A DNA stretch of 64,000 bases from an uncultured Nitrososphaeraceae archaeon (GTDB lineage Archaea > Thermoproteota > Nitrososphaeria > Nitrososphaerales > Nitrososphaeraceae), in NCBI GenBank assembly GCA_963729045.1, contig CAVSMN010000021.1, positions 120,888 to 184,887 on the forward strand, read 5' to 3'. A model generated the notes under the pieces. The model ran no database searches. It worked only from the letters and a program-made list of their open reading frames with translations, and had not been told where the DNA came from. Of the stretch, positions 44,226-56,575 are shown piece by piece (positions within the stretch are counted from its first letter, which is position 1; every line of letters starts with the position of its first letter). The position numbers and the translations under genes are program-made.

Positions 44226-44517
44226 AAAGGACTAAAGCTACCCTTTTTTCTCCTGAGTCGGATTCACTACTGTTATTGCCTCAACAGTATAATCAACTGT
44301 ATTTTTATCTTTTTATTTATTGACTCCGTTACTGTATCAAATGAATCTTATGTTTTGACTAATTAGAAATCTCTTAAATACAAAGGAATAATCTTTCATC
44401 CGCATTTCATGGGATAAAAGTAATCTCTTTTTTTAAAAAGTTAATACGTCGTTTTTGATGATCGGCTCTTAATCAATTAGATTATTGACCACTTGAAATT
44501 GACATTCACTATTACAG

Positions 44518-45321
44518 TCATTTATGATTCGATGATTCCATCTGTAATAAAACCTTGTCCACTACTTTTTTGTTTCTTTCTAAATAACTAGGCGATTCTA
44601 TATCTATCCAATCTGTTCCACTAAAAAACACATCGTAACAATAGATACTATTATTATCACTAATTCTTATTTTTGATAGAATATCTGAAGATAGATCAAA
44701 ACTTTTTCCATCCTTCTCATTTGATTTTATTCTTAAAAAATTCATTATTCTATTGTTGAAAAGATAAATTCCTGATGCTTCGGGGTGTTCAAGCTTGACA
44801 ATTGGTTTTTCACTGAATTCCTTAATTAGGTACATATTTTTGTTAAATTTCTTGTCCAGGATCAACCTGCCTGTTTCCTCCTTACGATGTGACCTGGCTA
44901 TTACTATTCCTATCAGTCCTTCATCTGTTTCAGAATTGATTTTGGTATATTCCTCAACAAGACTGTTTATGTCCACAGCACACAAGTTGTCAGCATACCA
45001 TACCATGAAGAAGGTCTCCTTCTCCAATCTTTTCATACACTCCAGGAGCGCACCACCAGTTCCCTTTTTTCTATCTTCAATAAAAATAATTTTCTTGTCG
45101 ATAACGCGTTCCTTGCCCTCTAGATAATTAATAATTTGTTTTCCGTGAGAGTCAAATTCACAAACTATTATGATTTCCGTAATATGTGAGAATTTGGAAA
45201 CATATCTTATTATGTAGTCAATCAAGGGCTTTCCATTAATCGGAATCAACGCCTTTGGACTATAATCACTAAATGGTCTCGCTCTAGAGCCTATGCCACC
45301 TGCCAGTAATACTATCTTCAT
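44518..45321 (-). CDS. Sugar-phosphate nucleotidyltransferase family protein
   Basis: LLAGGIGSR.RP....PKALIPINGKP, GTGGAL, YADN, FSEKP. Confidence 0.92.
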   Translation of the reverse strand: MKIVLLAGGIGSRARPFSDYSPKALIPINGKPLIDYIIRYVSKFSHITEIIIVCEFDSHGKQIINYLEGKERVIDKKIIFIEDRKKGTGGALLECMKRLEKETFFMVWYADNLCAVDINSLVEEYTKINSETDEGLIGIVIARSHRKEETGRLILDKKFNKNMYLIKEFSEKPIVKLEHPEASGIYLFNNRIMNFLRIKSNEKDGKSFDLSSDILSKIRISDNNSIYCYDVFFSGTDWIDIESPSYLERNKKVVDKVLLQMESSNHK

Positions 45322-45590
45322 CCAATCTAATTTTGCTCATGAATTTATAAAATAGTATCTGAAAAAATGCTAAAAGAGAAATAAATGCACCAATCTTACT
45401 GCTATCCATGATAAATCTAGTCTATTATCAATGATCTGTATCCTTTTTGATTCTTTAGGCTCAATTAAGTCATTTGGCTATTTGAAGGGCCATGAATAAT
45501 ATGTTACGACTATGCCAGTCTCAAAAGAATATTCTCATAGTCAAAAAAATTCGTATTAGGTTTAATAACTTTATTTCATATTGTTAATTC

Positions 45591-46094
45591 ATGCTAGAAA
45601 AACAAATCAATGAAATGAAAGAGAATATAGATATAGGAATAGAAGCAGAAAACAGGAAAGAAGTTGTAGGTATTCTTAATATCTTGTTAGCAGACGAATA
45701 CCTGCTATTTACAAAAACACGTAATTACCACTGGAATGTAGTAGGCAAAGATTTCAAAGAGCGTCATGAATTTTTTCAGCAACAATATGAAAAATTAGAT
45801 GGGATGATTGACGAAATAGCTGAACGAACCAGACAATTGGGTGGAGCCACAGTCGCTACAATGAATGAGTTTATGCGTATTACCAATTTGAAGGAAAAAC
45901 CTGGTGAATATCCATCTGATTTAAAAATGATATCAAATTTATTAACCGATCATGAAAGCACCATAAAATATCTACGAAAAAGTGCCGATAAGTGCGATGA
46001 GAAATATAATGACATGGGGACTAATGATTTTTTGATAGGCTTGATGGAAATTCATGAAAAAATGGCCTGGATGTTAAGAACCCATTTAGACTAG
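45591..46094 (+). CDS. dps: Dps DNA starvation/stationary-phase protection protein
   Basis: KTRNYHWNVVG, H.FF, DEIAER..QLGG, HEKMAWML. Confidence 0.95.
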   Translation: MLEKQINEMKENIDIGIEAENRKEVVGILNILLADEYLLFTKTRNYHWNVVGKDFKERHEFFQQQYEKLDGMIDEIAERTRQLGGATVATMNEFMRITNLKEKPGEYPSDLKMISNLLTDHESTIKYLRKSADKCDEKYNDMGTNDFLIGLMEIHEKMAWMLRTHLD

Positions 46095-46677
46095 ATGGAT
46101 ATAATAAGGCCATATCGATAAAAAACTAAAAGATATCTTGTCTATTTTTTTATTAATTTTATCCCATGACTGATCAAAAGACATCATAATGAAATATTTT
46201 AGGACCATATTTCTAGAGACAATACATAATCATATAAAAATGGTTTCAATAATTGGAGATCTAAATTTAAATTGGTAGGGAATAACATTATCCATATAAT
46301 TTATTGGATTTGATATTAACATTGTTACTATCAATTTCCACCAAGTAAGATATTAGTACAATGGATAAAATGCTCATTCTAGACAAGTATACTATTTTCT
46401 TGAAAACAACAATGATCGAGATCTTAATATAGGTAAAATAAAAATTGTAACTAGATCCCTTTGGATTTTCACACTGCAGGGGCTTATTCTAGGTGTGATT
46501 TCTATTCATGAATACGGTTACAGATCTTCTAACTGATTTATAGGGGTAATCCTTTATTATTTATACCTAAATTCTCCTTATTAATTGGAAGAATAATAAT
46601 AGCATTAGAATGATCGATTTTCCTTTAAAGTCCAAACCTCGTTCCTTTTGATCTAAATGGTCGGTTGAGGAAAGAAG

Positions 46678-46905
46678 GTGGTTAAAGTTATGAATATAAT
46701 AGATATCCCTTTCATAGTGGAAGCAAAAACTATGAGTAATCTAAAAACAAAAAATGTTTCATATTATTTTAGTGAATCGACTCATAGTCTTTGTCTAGAT
46801 AAAAAAACTATAATGCTGGGCCAAGTAAACTCTTACGAGAGACTTTTGGATATATCTAAAGATCAAAGAGACATGCGGTTATTGAAAAAGAAATTTCAAA
46901 ATTAA
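46678..46905 (+). CDS. Hypothetical protein, possibly degenerate
   Basis: Short ORF; probable frameshift near the 3' end. Confidence 0.35.
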   Translation: MVKVMNIIDIPFIVEAKTMSNLKTKNVSYYFSESTHSLCLDKKTIMLGQVNSYERLLDISKDQRDMRLLKKKFQN

Positions 46906-47211
46906 AGATTGCCATCGAATTGATGAAAAGTCAAGTATTCTTTTGATCATTGGATTATGTTGATATGATACATATTTTAACCTCCATATTTATTAAATCA
47001 AAATATTATGCCCGCGATTTCTGAAAAAACTCAATCCCAAGATGGTTAGAATGATACGATTTACTTTTCGGGGTATATGTTCAATTCTTGCTATTTGATG
47101 ATTAAATAGGTGATATCAAATCTTTTCAATGATCAATACCAGTCATTGATCTGAAAACCAGACAGACAAATTAAAATAACGTAGATGGGTAAATCCCATG
47201 GTAAGTACAAC

Positions 47212-47295
47212 ATGGATACAAAATGGAAGATTATTAATGGTGTGGCCGTAGCAATTTTCATAGCAGCCGCTTTTTATTGGATTGCAAATTCTTAA
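47212..47295 (+). CDS. Putative 27-aa single-TM microprotein
   Basis: Manual: MDTKWKIINGVAVAIFIAAAFYWIANS*. Confidence 0.5.
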   Translation: MDTKWKIINGVAVAIFIAAAFYWIANS

Positions 47296-47699
47296 GTTTC
47301 AGAATGACATATTCATAAATTATCTATATTGCTCTTGTTTATCTCATAAGGTGGAGAATTATTAAAGTAATGAACATTCTCTTGTTCCGATATTCAAATT
47401 TAAGCGCCCAACTTTTGCAGTCTTGAATTTAGAATACTAGCCTCTTATTTATTATGTTCTATGTTCTCTAACTACCTCCAAATCCCAAGAATGTTTATGG
47501 AAGTGTAATCTTAGATCACAGGAAAAGTCATCCAGTCGATAGGCGGCTCGTTAAATCAACAAGAACCTTTCAAACATAATGCTCTCAAAAATTCAATTTA
47601 CTATTCCTATATTTCATAAATTTGATTCACATCCAAGGATTGGTTTGAAAAACAAAAATAAATTTGGAGTCGAGGTACGATCGTTTATAATTTAAGAGA

Positions 47700-48007
47700 C
47701 TACTTAGCTATCTGATTACATGCGAAATATTCCATACCCTGCCCCACGATACATCCTGAAATGAATCCTTCGTAATATGCTCTATCATTAGGTCCACATT
47801 GATTAAATGCAGTTTGGTTGTATGGTTTACTTTGGTCTCCATCATTAAAGCCTGACCTATAGCATGCCTCATTCAATGGATCTCTCATTCAAATCTGTTA
47901 TTTTCATCATCGTCATCGTCACTACTGGCATATGTAACCATAGCATCGGTAACACCCATAGTTCCGATTACGCCTAGGATTGCTATGATCGTGTAAATCC
48001 TTAACAC
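47700..48007 (-). CDS. Secreted Cys-containing hypothetical protein, one frameshift near 47888
   Basis: Manual N-terminus MLRIYTIIAILGVIGTMG...YASSDDDDDENN joins RDPLNEACYRSGFNDG...YYEGFISGC. Confidence 0.6.
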
Positions 48008-48554
48008 TAGTTAGTGTCCTCTCCCATTATCTTCTGAACGTTTGACAATTACAATTAAATTTGTCATCATGGTCCTATTACGATTAGCTAGTTAGGCTTT
48101 TCTATCTGATAAGGTCTGAATGTGTCGTTAGTATCAAATAAATCCCAAATCACTCAATCAATTCATTACCTTTTATGGACATGTCCCATCCTTGATTGAT
48201 ACAAGATGTGATAATGGTCCTCGAAAGCAGAGATTTATAAAATTCTAAATTCAATACTGTGACTTCTATTCTAAACCATAGGTCTCCAATTGTTCAATTC
48301 ATAGAATCAATATAGTATGGCATATCCTACTAGATATTCAGGCTTGATTTCCCATTTATTAAGGGACACAAATTCAACAACATATATGATTATCCTTCGT
48401 TACATCGATATCATTTTAGAACCAGGATGTAACTGGTTGCGAGGTATTATGATTGAGCATTAAAAGTGGGTATGAATAGAATCAAAATCATTACACTCTT
48501 AGCGGTATAAGAATGGGAAAGTCAAAATTTAATTATTAGAAAAGGAACTAAGAA

Positions 48555-48956
48555 TTGATGCAATCTTCTAATTCGGATATCCGGAATAGAAAGGTGGTAA
48601 TGATTTGTGAAGACGAACAGGAATTACTTGACCTTTACTCCAGGGTGTTGGAATTGAAATATAACGTCATCAAAGTTTGTTCAGGAGCCGAATGTATACA
48701 TGAATACCTTGAGAAAAAAGCAAAGGGATCACCAATTGATCTCCTTTTCCTGGATTACAAATTAGGTGATATGCTAGGCGATGATGTAGCGAAAAAGATA
48801 AAGAAAATGAATGGGATTAAAATTATTCTGATTTCCGCATATAATTTGGATGAACCAACTAAAAAAGAACTTTTTGAAAATAAGTGTATCGAAAAATTTC
48901 TGCAAAAACCGATTCGAATGAGACAAATAATTCAGGTAGCGGGGGAAGCAATCTGA
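48555..48956 (+). CDS. Stand-alone response regulator receiver
   Basis: ICEDE, LFLDY, ISAY, QKP. Confidence 0.92.
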   Translation: MMQSSNSDIRNRKVVMICEDEQELLDLYSRVLELKYNVIKVCSGAECIHEYLEKKAKGSPIDLLFLDYKLGDMLGDDVAKKIKKMNGIKIILISAYNLDEPTKKELFENKCIEKFLQKPIRMRQIIQVAGEAI

Positions 48957-49726
48957 AATAATTTAAAAAAATCTATTTTCTATATAATTACATATTGTAT
49001 ATTAATTTAAGACTGAACATTTGGAGTTTTTTTAACATTAGATACCCCTTTGGGATAATGGAGATTCCAAAATGGCAGCTACCTGTATCAGGCTAAGATT
49101 TAGGACGCTATTGTGGATATAAGGTATTACATCATAATTCAATGGGCTGATCTTTTGCTTTCATTTAGCCGTTTTCTTACTAGTTGTTTTGTGATATCTA
49201 ACACTTTACCTCATACAATGAAAACAAAAATGACCAAAAATCTGATGACTTATCAATAAAGTTCATTCTTATCATGATTACCCGTCTCTAATTATGGATG
49301 ATATATGGGATTGGGAAAGACGATATTGATTTGAGCTTGGGTAACTCTGCAGCTATGGGTTTGGATATTTGTCTTTAATTGTAGAATGTTCTGGAAAACC
49401 ATCAGAAGCACTTGCGATATTGGTATATTCCATTCGATTTCTGGCTTAATTGAGAAGACCCGTTCTCAATACTAATTGAAAAGTCACATCGATGATTTTA
49501 TTTAGGCAAGGTTATGTGGCATTTTACAGGAATGGTGAAGATTATTTGATGGTTAATAACCGGAATTATCAACAAAAACAACACTTTAAACTATTTTGAG
49601 TATAGTGTAAAGATAAGTTAATGAAAGGAAAAACGGTATGAGAAGATGTTCCATTTTCATACAGTACCATTCAATTTTTTGTTCTTACAAAAAGGATAAT
49701 TTGATAAAGATTGGTTAGATTGCCTG

Positions 49727-50284
49727 CTAAAGATATCCAATGATAAAAAGAGCCATAGCAGCTGCCATAGCAGCACCCCATACCAATTTATTCCAATCAA
49801 AAATCTTTTGTCCATCTAAGACTCCCATAGGTATGAGATTAAACATCGCGATCCAACCGTTAAAAGAGGCACCGACTGCAAAGTAGGGATTATAGGAACC
49901 GTAAGTCAAAGTTAAAATCAAAAACGAAAAACCCATAGCCAAATTAGTAAGCGGTCCAACAAGAGCAACTCTGCCAAATTTAGAGCGATCATTTAGTCTG
50001 ACCATCACTGCTCCGGGAGCTATGAACTTGAATGGCATTATTGGGAGAGCAGAAATTGCCGTCAGAATAAGACCATAGATTTCGGCTCTAAATTCTGCCC
50101 AGCTACCATAATATTGGGCCAAGAACTTATGAGCTAATTCATGGACTAGAAAAGCACTGGTAAAAATTGCAAGGAATTGCCAAGAGAAATATCTGTAATT
50201 ATTCAGGGAAAGTCCTACACAAATTACAAGCGCAGTAGCTAATGAAAGATGAAGAAGTTCGGTCTTTGAAGTTTTTATACTCAA
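49727..50284 (-). CDS. M50 family (site-2) membrane metalloprotease
   Basis: HELAH, APGAV, VGPLTN, FNLIPMGVLDG. Confidence 0.92.
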   Translation of the reverse strand: MSIKTSKTELLHLSLATALVICVGLSLNNYRYFSWQFLAIFTSAFLVHELAHKFLAQYYGSWAEFRAEIYGLILTAISALPIMPFKFIAPGAVMVRLNDRSKFGRVALVGPLTNLAMGFSFLILTLTYGSYNPYFAVGASFNGWIAMFNLIPMGVLDGQKIFDWNKLVWGAAMAAAMALFIIGYL

Positions 50285-50288
50285 TAAA

Positions 50289-50519
50289 TTACCTATCGAT
50301 TCTTAAACCCGGATGAGTTGATTTCTTATACTGTTTGTCGTTAAAGAGCGTATCTTGCTTTCGCTTATTGTATGAATACAAGAAAGGACATGAATGATGT
50401 ATTGGATTTCTATGATTACTGCAAAAGTATTCTTTACAATAATTACATCTAAAGGGAAAACCATCCAACAGTCCGCAGGTATAGCACTGAATAGGATTTT
50501 CTTTTCTTTCTGTAGTCAT
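50289..50519 (-). CDS. AN1-type zinc finger (probably the N-terminus of the M50 protease)
   Basis: CYTC....PFRCNYC...FCSNHRNP..HSC. Confidence 0.88.
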   Translation of the reverse strand: MTTERKENPIQCYTCGLLDGFPFRCNYCKEYFCSNHRNPIHHSCPFLYSYNKRKQDTLFNDKQYKKSTHPGLRIDR

Positions 50520-51097
50520 ATTGAATAATTACTGGATTCTAATGTGCATGAAATAGTAATCAAACATCCAGAGATAGCCAATGGTAACCCACCACTATGA
50601 TTAAGACATGATGGAAAATCTAGTTTTTTCCCACCCAGATAATTGAACCTCACAATCCTCATATACTATATTAATAAGTTCAATTATATCAAATTACCTT
50701 AAAAATTCCACTCAGATTTGTTTTGGATAACATATTGATTAATGCCATTTGACCAAATTGATTTTTTTATTATTGTTCGCAGATAAATGGAATCCACGAA
50801 GCATTAATTTTTGAGTTTTTGATAATGATAAAATTTCAAAATAGTAGTAGTATTTGATACTTGTGAGGACGTAAAGTTCAATTTCAACAAAACAGCATAA
50901 ATCTAATATTTCAATGGCTTTATTATGGAAATTATTTTTGAAAATGAAATTAAGTCAAATATACCCTGTCTTAAAACATTGAGATGATACAGAAATTAAT
51001 ATATCTACATCTAGTAAACCAGTTGTTATTAGGGCAAACTACTTAGATACCTAAATCATGGACTATTGAAATTCGGAATAGGAAGATTTACATCTTA

Positions 51098-51298
51098 TTA
51101 CTGAGAAAACGGCGGAGACATGTTATGAGTATTTATGGCAACTTCTGCTGTATTATTTGAAGGGCTAGTTTCATTGATTATAGTCATTGGTAAATCAGGA
51201 GTTGGACTTTGTGCTTGCATACTTGGAATTACGGGTATTGCAAAAAGAATCGAAGATGCAAAGAGTGCAGAAATCAAGAATACACATGATTTATTCAT
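51098..51298 (-). CDS. Small secreted hypothetical protein
   Basis: Signal peptide ending MQAQ; Pro/Thr/Asn-rich. Confidence 0.55.
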   Translation of the reverse strand: MNKSCVFLISALFASSILFAIPVIPSMQAQSPTPDLPMTIINETSPSNNTAEVAINTHNMSPPFSQ

Positions 51299-51756
51299 TT
51301 CCCATTTACATTTATATCAAAGTATTTAACATCTATTAAGAATATTAACTTAAAGTAAGAATATTTGAAATTACTATTGTAATATGAGAATTAGACAATA
51401 CAATCTTTTGAAAGCCCACTTCATTTATGCTTAATTTCATTCATCAGATGCCAAACGAACTTTCCATAATGTTTACCAAACATCATAGGAATTGGTCAAA
51501 TGATATATTGGAAAAAATAATAAAGATTTCGCGGGTAAAGTCACTCCAACAACCTGTACTTTTTAAGAAATATCATCAAATACCCGCACTCAATGCTTCG
51601 AATTCGTAAAATGAGATAAATTTGTTGGATTATAAAACAATAACATATTGTTCGCAATCCAAATAATTCAGGTAGGACGATTGGGATCACTTGAATAACA
51701 CTGTTTAAAATTAGATGGGGAACCCTATCCAATATAGTTAAGAACTTACTAAAAGT

Positions 51757-52401
51757 CTAACCTATAGAATCAAATTTAGACAGTGATTTCCACAAATACC
51801 ACGTAGCGATACTTCTATAAGGTTTCCATCCAGAAGATACTTCCAGCATATATTCATGAGTAGGTAGTTCAGCTAAATTATATAATTTTTGGATTGCCTT
51901 TTTTACTCCCAAATCATCCAAGGGAATTACATCTTCTCGCTGCAGGCAAAAGATAAGAAACATCTCCGCAGTCCATCTCCCAATACCTTTTACTTTTACC
52001 AATTCAGTTATAACTTCTTCATCTTGCAAATCGGGTAAACCATGAATATTTAATTCACCGGAGACGATCTTCGTCGACAAATTTTTAATGTATTCTATTT
52101 TCTTGAATGACAATCCTATAGTAAATCTCAAGACAGTGTTTGAAGTAGAAATAATCTGTTCAGGAGTTGGTAAAGTATCACCATAATACCGTAGAAATCT
52201 GGAGTATATCGCATTTGCAGCACTGCCTGCAAGCTGCTGATAGATTATGGATTTCAACAAAGATTCAAAGAGATTACCGTGGATCTGAATTGAATAATTT
52301 CCTATAGATTTAATTAATCTCCCAAGTAGAAGGTCTTGTTTTGAAAGTAATTCTAATGGATCCGGATTCGTCATTCCTACACTAGAAATACTTTTGATCA
52401 A
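51757..52401 (-). CDS. DNA-3-methyladenine glycosylase II (AlkA family, HhH-GPD)
   Basis: SIIYQQL, VKGIGRWTAEMFLIF, P.DDLG, WKPYRSIATWYLW. Confidence 0.93.
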   Translation of the reverse strand: MIKSISSVGMTNPDPLELLSKQDLLLGRLIKSIGNYSIQIHGNLFESLLKSIIYQQLAGSAANAIYSRFLRYYGDTLPTPEQIISTSNTVLRFTIGLSFKKIEYIKNLSTKIVSGELNIHGLPDLQDEEVITELVKVKGIGRWTAEMFLIFCLQREDVIPLDDLGVKKAIQKLYNLAELPTHEYMLEVSSGWKPYRSIATWYLWKSLSKFDSIG

Positions 52402-53786
52402 GTTTTAAGAGTTACTTTATCCAACCTACTTTCGTTAATTCAAGATAAACCAGATCTTAGTCTCTGCATAGTAATTACTGGGAACTAAATTTTATTGTAT
52501 AACATTGTCTGGTTAGAATCCTTACTAAGATCTTCTGTTTCAAGACCGTAATTAATACTAGGATCTTAAATGTCAGAGCATAGGAGAGATTTATACGTAA
52601 GATGGGTGGGAATGAGGAAGTAAATATTGAATATATTTTTATAATCCTAAACTCTGAAACAAATGACAAATACTTAACAGATCAATTGAAATCGAGAAGA
52701 AAAAAACATCGTCAGATCCCTTCAAATTAAATCATCTCAAAAAATTTTACTGCCATTGTTACTTTTTATGATTCTGAATAATAGGATTGTTGTTTATGTA
52801 CAACCATCAGGATATTAAAAGACATGAGCATCATCAACGGGTCCACATTGATTACAGAAACTGTTCATTTCATTCGACCCTTCTTCTGATAACGTTAGAA
52901 CCGCAACTTTTTTCTATTCTATACTTTTTACTTTTATATTTCAGTAAGAAAAAGTTTGTACAGGTTCCTGTGACGATAACACTATAAGAAAATGGTAACC
53001 ATTCAATCAAAGGAGAATAATTGCTTCCCCTTGTGGATGAATTTTATCTTATTTACACATCTATGATAAAAAGCTCTACAAGCGCGTGGAGGCTATTTGT
53101 ATGGTATTAGGAAAATAAGTTATGCTAATGCCCCATCTCATGTTATATTTATTGGTGAATTGTATCCCACTCTAGAAAAAGACATTCCTGCTGACATTGA
53201 TTCAACAAATAATACGGTTCAAAATTATCTATTCCATGATAAATCAAAAATATGAACAAAAGATTACATCGATGATCTCTGGCTGCGTATATGTGAAGGG
53301 CAGAATACAAATAACAAAGAAGCGAGGCAATTCTGATTCTGTGGCATACTGCGGACTAAATTAAATAAATGAGTAGTTTGACAAGTCTACGAATACGCTT
53401 GCATCAAATACTAATTCCACTACGTTGTGAAATGGTAACGTAAGAAAACTACATTGTTTTGCCGTATTACCAACCTCTGCAGTCCATATTCCATTTTCTT
53501 CCGATACTGAAAGTGCTGGACTAATATCCATGAAGGGAAGGAAAACCCGCATATCATGGGAGTTAGTCAAATGCCAATAAATGATCAGTAAATTATCTTC
53601 GAGTCCATTTGGGGTAACCGAATTCAGATTATAGGTCAATGCTTTCCCAATTTAAATTCAATGTTCCATTACGGTAGGTTATTCTAATTTCTAATTAACT
53701 CGGTGCTCTCCCACTTGCATGTGGGTCATTGGATACGATTTTAATAAATTGCAAATTCTTAATAACAATATTGATAATATAGTTTT

Positions 53787-54482
53787 ATGACATATAACAA
53801 ATTTTTTTCAATTTTATTTATCTCGATGATGGCGACAATTTTTGCCGGCATTTTAACAATTCCAGGTGTAAATATGCTTACTTACGCAACATCATCGCTA
53901 GGGGAATCAATCCAACAGAGCCAACAAGATCTTCAATCGACCATAAATAACCAAGTCCAACAATCGATTACAGATACCATCAACACCATAAACGATAGCA
54001 ATGATTCAACTGTTGACACCATCGCAAGCAATCAAACACAAAATACGGGTTCCTCAAATAACTTGATAAAAGGAGGGATTACGAGCTTGCAGAACGATCC
54101 ATCGGATAATACCACCACTTGGATATTGGGCGGTGTATATAGGATGGAAAATCTTAGTTCCGAAGCTCCAACATTTAATGCATCATTCTATATGGTAAAA
54201 ACAGATGGTAATTCTTCTCATTCTCATGACATCTATGACTTGGTTTTGATCACTCCTATAATTGATAATACAACAAGTAATTCAACACACATTAATGGTA
54301 CGACAACTGTGACCATGAAAGACGGGCCCATAACTAATGTACCTACAAATATTACCATACTAGGTGACAGTGCTATTAGTATTTGGATAAACCCATCTAA
54401 AGTCAATAATCATTTTGGAGATTCGCCCGTTTATGGAACTCAGGAATTGAAATGTGTGGATAAACCTGCACTCTGTAAATGA
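53787..54482 (+). CDS. Secreted hypothetical protein
   Basis: Signal peptide; Q/N-rich linker; MVKTDG..SHSH, NHFG..PVYG. Confidence 0.8.
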   Translation: MTYNKFFSILFISMMATIFAGILTIPGVNMLTYATSSLGESIQQSQQDLQSTINNQVQQSITDTINTINDSNDSTVDTIASNQTQNTGSSNNLIKGGITSLQNDPSDNTTTWILGGVYRMENLSSEAPTFNASFYMVKTDGNSSHSHDIYDLVLITPIIDNTTSNSTHINGTTTVTMKDGPITNVPTNITILGDSAISIWINPSKVNNHFGDSPVYGTQELKCVDKPALCK

Positions 54483-54869
54483 GTTGAAGGCGGTTAAAAT
54501 GCCGCAACTCGACAATAGATTGTACAAGACTACATAAAGAGAACCTTAAGACTATTGGATATCTATACACAGATCGAGATTTAGGGATAACTGTAAACTC
54601 TTTGTAGCAGAAACCTATCCTTTTTGGCTTATTTTTTCATAATGGAAGAAATATAGTCAAACTATGTGTTGAAATCAAGAAATATGATGATTACAACGTA
54701 GCAAATTCTATTTATTTCGCACATCCTTGATATCTTTTCGAAACAAAGATGGCTAAAATAGTAGTTTTGATCATTTTAATTACTGCCTGCTGAGCATGAG
54801 AATACGTGATAGCATACAAATTACATTTTGATAGGATGATAGTAATCTTCCAATACATTAAATACTAAA

Positions 54870-55871
54870 TTGACTATTGTATATCGATTTGAATTGGATT
54901 ATCCTGATTATGTTAACGGTTTAGAAACAATCAATAATCAAAATCTGTCATGGGTTTACCTGGAAAGACCCACCCGAGAAAAAATGGATTTAGTATCCAA
55001 AAATTTTCCTATTCATGAGTTGAATATCGAAGATTGCTTGTCGAAGAATCAACTCCCTAAAATCGATCGATATGACGATCATATATTTGTCATACTCCAA
55101 TTTCCAACTACTCTCAAAGGAAGAGCTGCCCCAAACTTTACTCAACTCTCCTTGTTTATAGGTAAGGACTATCTAATTTCGATTACTCAGGGCGATCTTT
55201 ATCCATTAACTGAACTATTTAGAACTTGTAAGAGCGGCAGTCAGAAGATCAGGAATAATTTCATGGGAGGATCTCCAGGTTATCTATTACATTCAATTTT
55301 AGATGCACTGGTTGATAATCTACTTCACATATTAATGAAAATTATTGGAAACTTAGACGACATTGAAGATGAAGTATTTGATGATAAAGTGGCAAATGCT
55401 AAGGAAATATCAATCCTCAGGAGAGAAATTACAACACTTCGCAGAATAGTCTTGCCGTTAAAACGAATCATGATGGAAATCACATCCAGAGATGTTAAGA
55501 GATTTTCAAGCAGCGCAGCGGCAGAGGATCTGATTGATTATTTTGACGACATTAATGATCATATATCAAAAGTACTAGAGGCCCTCGATGAATCCAAAGA
55601 AACAATTGAAATTTACAAAGATACTGATAATATGCTGAATTCGGAAAAAACGAATAAAATTCTAAGTTTTTTAACAATATTGTTCACACTCTCAATTCCA
55701 ATTACTGTAGCGGGGACCTTTTATGGAATGAACATTGTAATACCTGGTAGTGTCAATGAGGGGGGGAAAATTATCGATTACTTTCCACTCATTTTGACCG
55801 CATCACTTTCGTCACTGGCTGCAGGAGTTATGGTGTTATACTTTAGAAAGTTAGGCTGGTTCAATTCATAG
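54870..55871 (+). CDS. corA: CorA family Mg/Co transporter
   Basis: HELNIEDC, PKID.Y, YGMN signature, two C-terminal TMs. Confidence 0.93.
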   Translation: MTIVYRFELDYPDYVNGLETINNQNLSWVYLERPTREKMDLVSKNFPIHELNIEDCLSKNQLPKIDRYDDHIFVILQFPTTLKGRAAPNFTQLSLFIGKDYLISITQGDLYPLTELFRTCKSGSQKIRNNFMGGSPGYLLHSILDALVDNLLHILMKIIGNLDDIEDEVFDDKVANAKEISILRREITTLRRIVLPLKRIMMEITSRDVKRFSSSAAAEDLIDYFDDINDHISKVLEALDESKETIEIYKDTDNMLNSEKTNKILSFLTILFTLSIPITVAGTFYGMNIVIPGSVNEGGKIIDYFPLILTASLSSLAAGVMVLYFRKLGWFNS

Positions 55872-56326
55872 GATCATATTGGGATATTTCCATTTCTTTA
55901 CCATCTGTATTCAATTCAACCAAATCATATCATTTCACTGAATCTTTAGGGTAGAGGTGGGGGCAGACCAATACTTGTCCTTTCTGCTTCCACCTTTGCT
56001 TAATTACAACCAATAATTTCATTATTTTAATTCATCCCTTTTGTATTTACGATTATAAGAATGGAGCTTATATGTCCATTCAGTGTCAGAAAACTAAGTG
56101 CGAATAGTATGACCGTATTTTAGTGGTGGTATAAAATTACATTTGATGAATTTCGAGATTCGCTCGACAAAGTGGGAAAGCCTATATGACCTAGTGGCAA
56201 GGATTCTACCATGTCTATGTCTTGTCTTGACTGTGAAGAATATTTTGATAGGATGTATCCTAGATGGTGAAGTAAACGATACCAGTATGTGTATCGTCCG
56301 ATTAAAATTGATTTCACAAGCTCCTG

Positions 56327-56575
56327 TTATTGGTATCTTTCAATATTGGGCAATCCTTGTTTGTAATAAATTGTAAAGTTTTGACCTTGAGAATAAGGAC
56401 AATTTTCTACTGACCTAGGTATACCGTCCGAAGCCTCAACTATGCAAGTACCATTTTGTTTTATCTTGACCACTACAAGCTCTTGAATACTTGGACTAAA
56501 CAGCTGTTGCAAGGATCCACCCATTAAGATAAAAATTAAAACTATTCCTGCAATTATGAATAAAAAAGCTAACAT
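56327..56575 (-). CDS. Small membrane-anchored hypothetical protein
   Basis: N-terminal TM; GTCIVE...CPY. Confidence 0.65.
   Translation of the reverse strand: MLAFLFIIAGIVLIFILMGGSLQQLFSPSIQELVVVKIKQNGTCIVEASDGIPRSVENCPYSQGQNFTIYYKQGLPNIERYQ

Noticed and set aside
52700..53700. Possible decayed gene(s) in a long spacer
   Set aside because: Could not assign any family by manual translation
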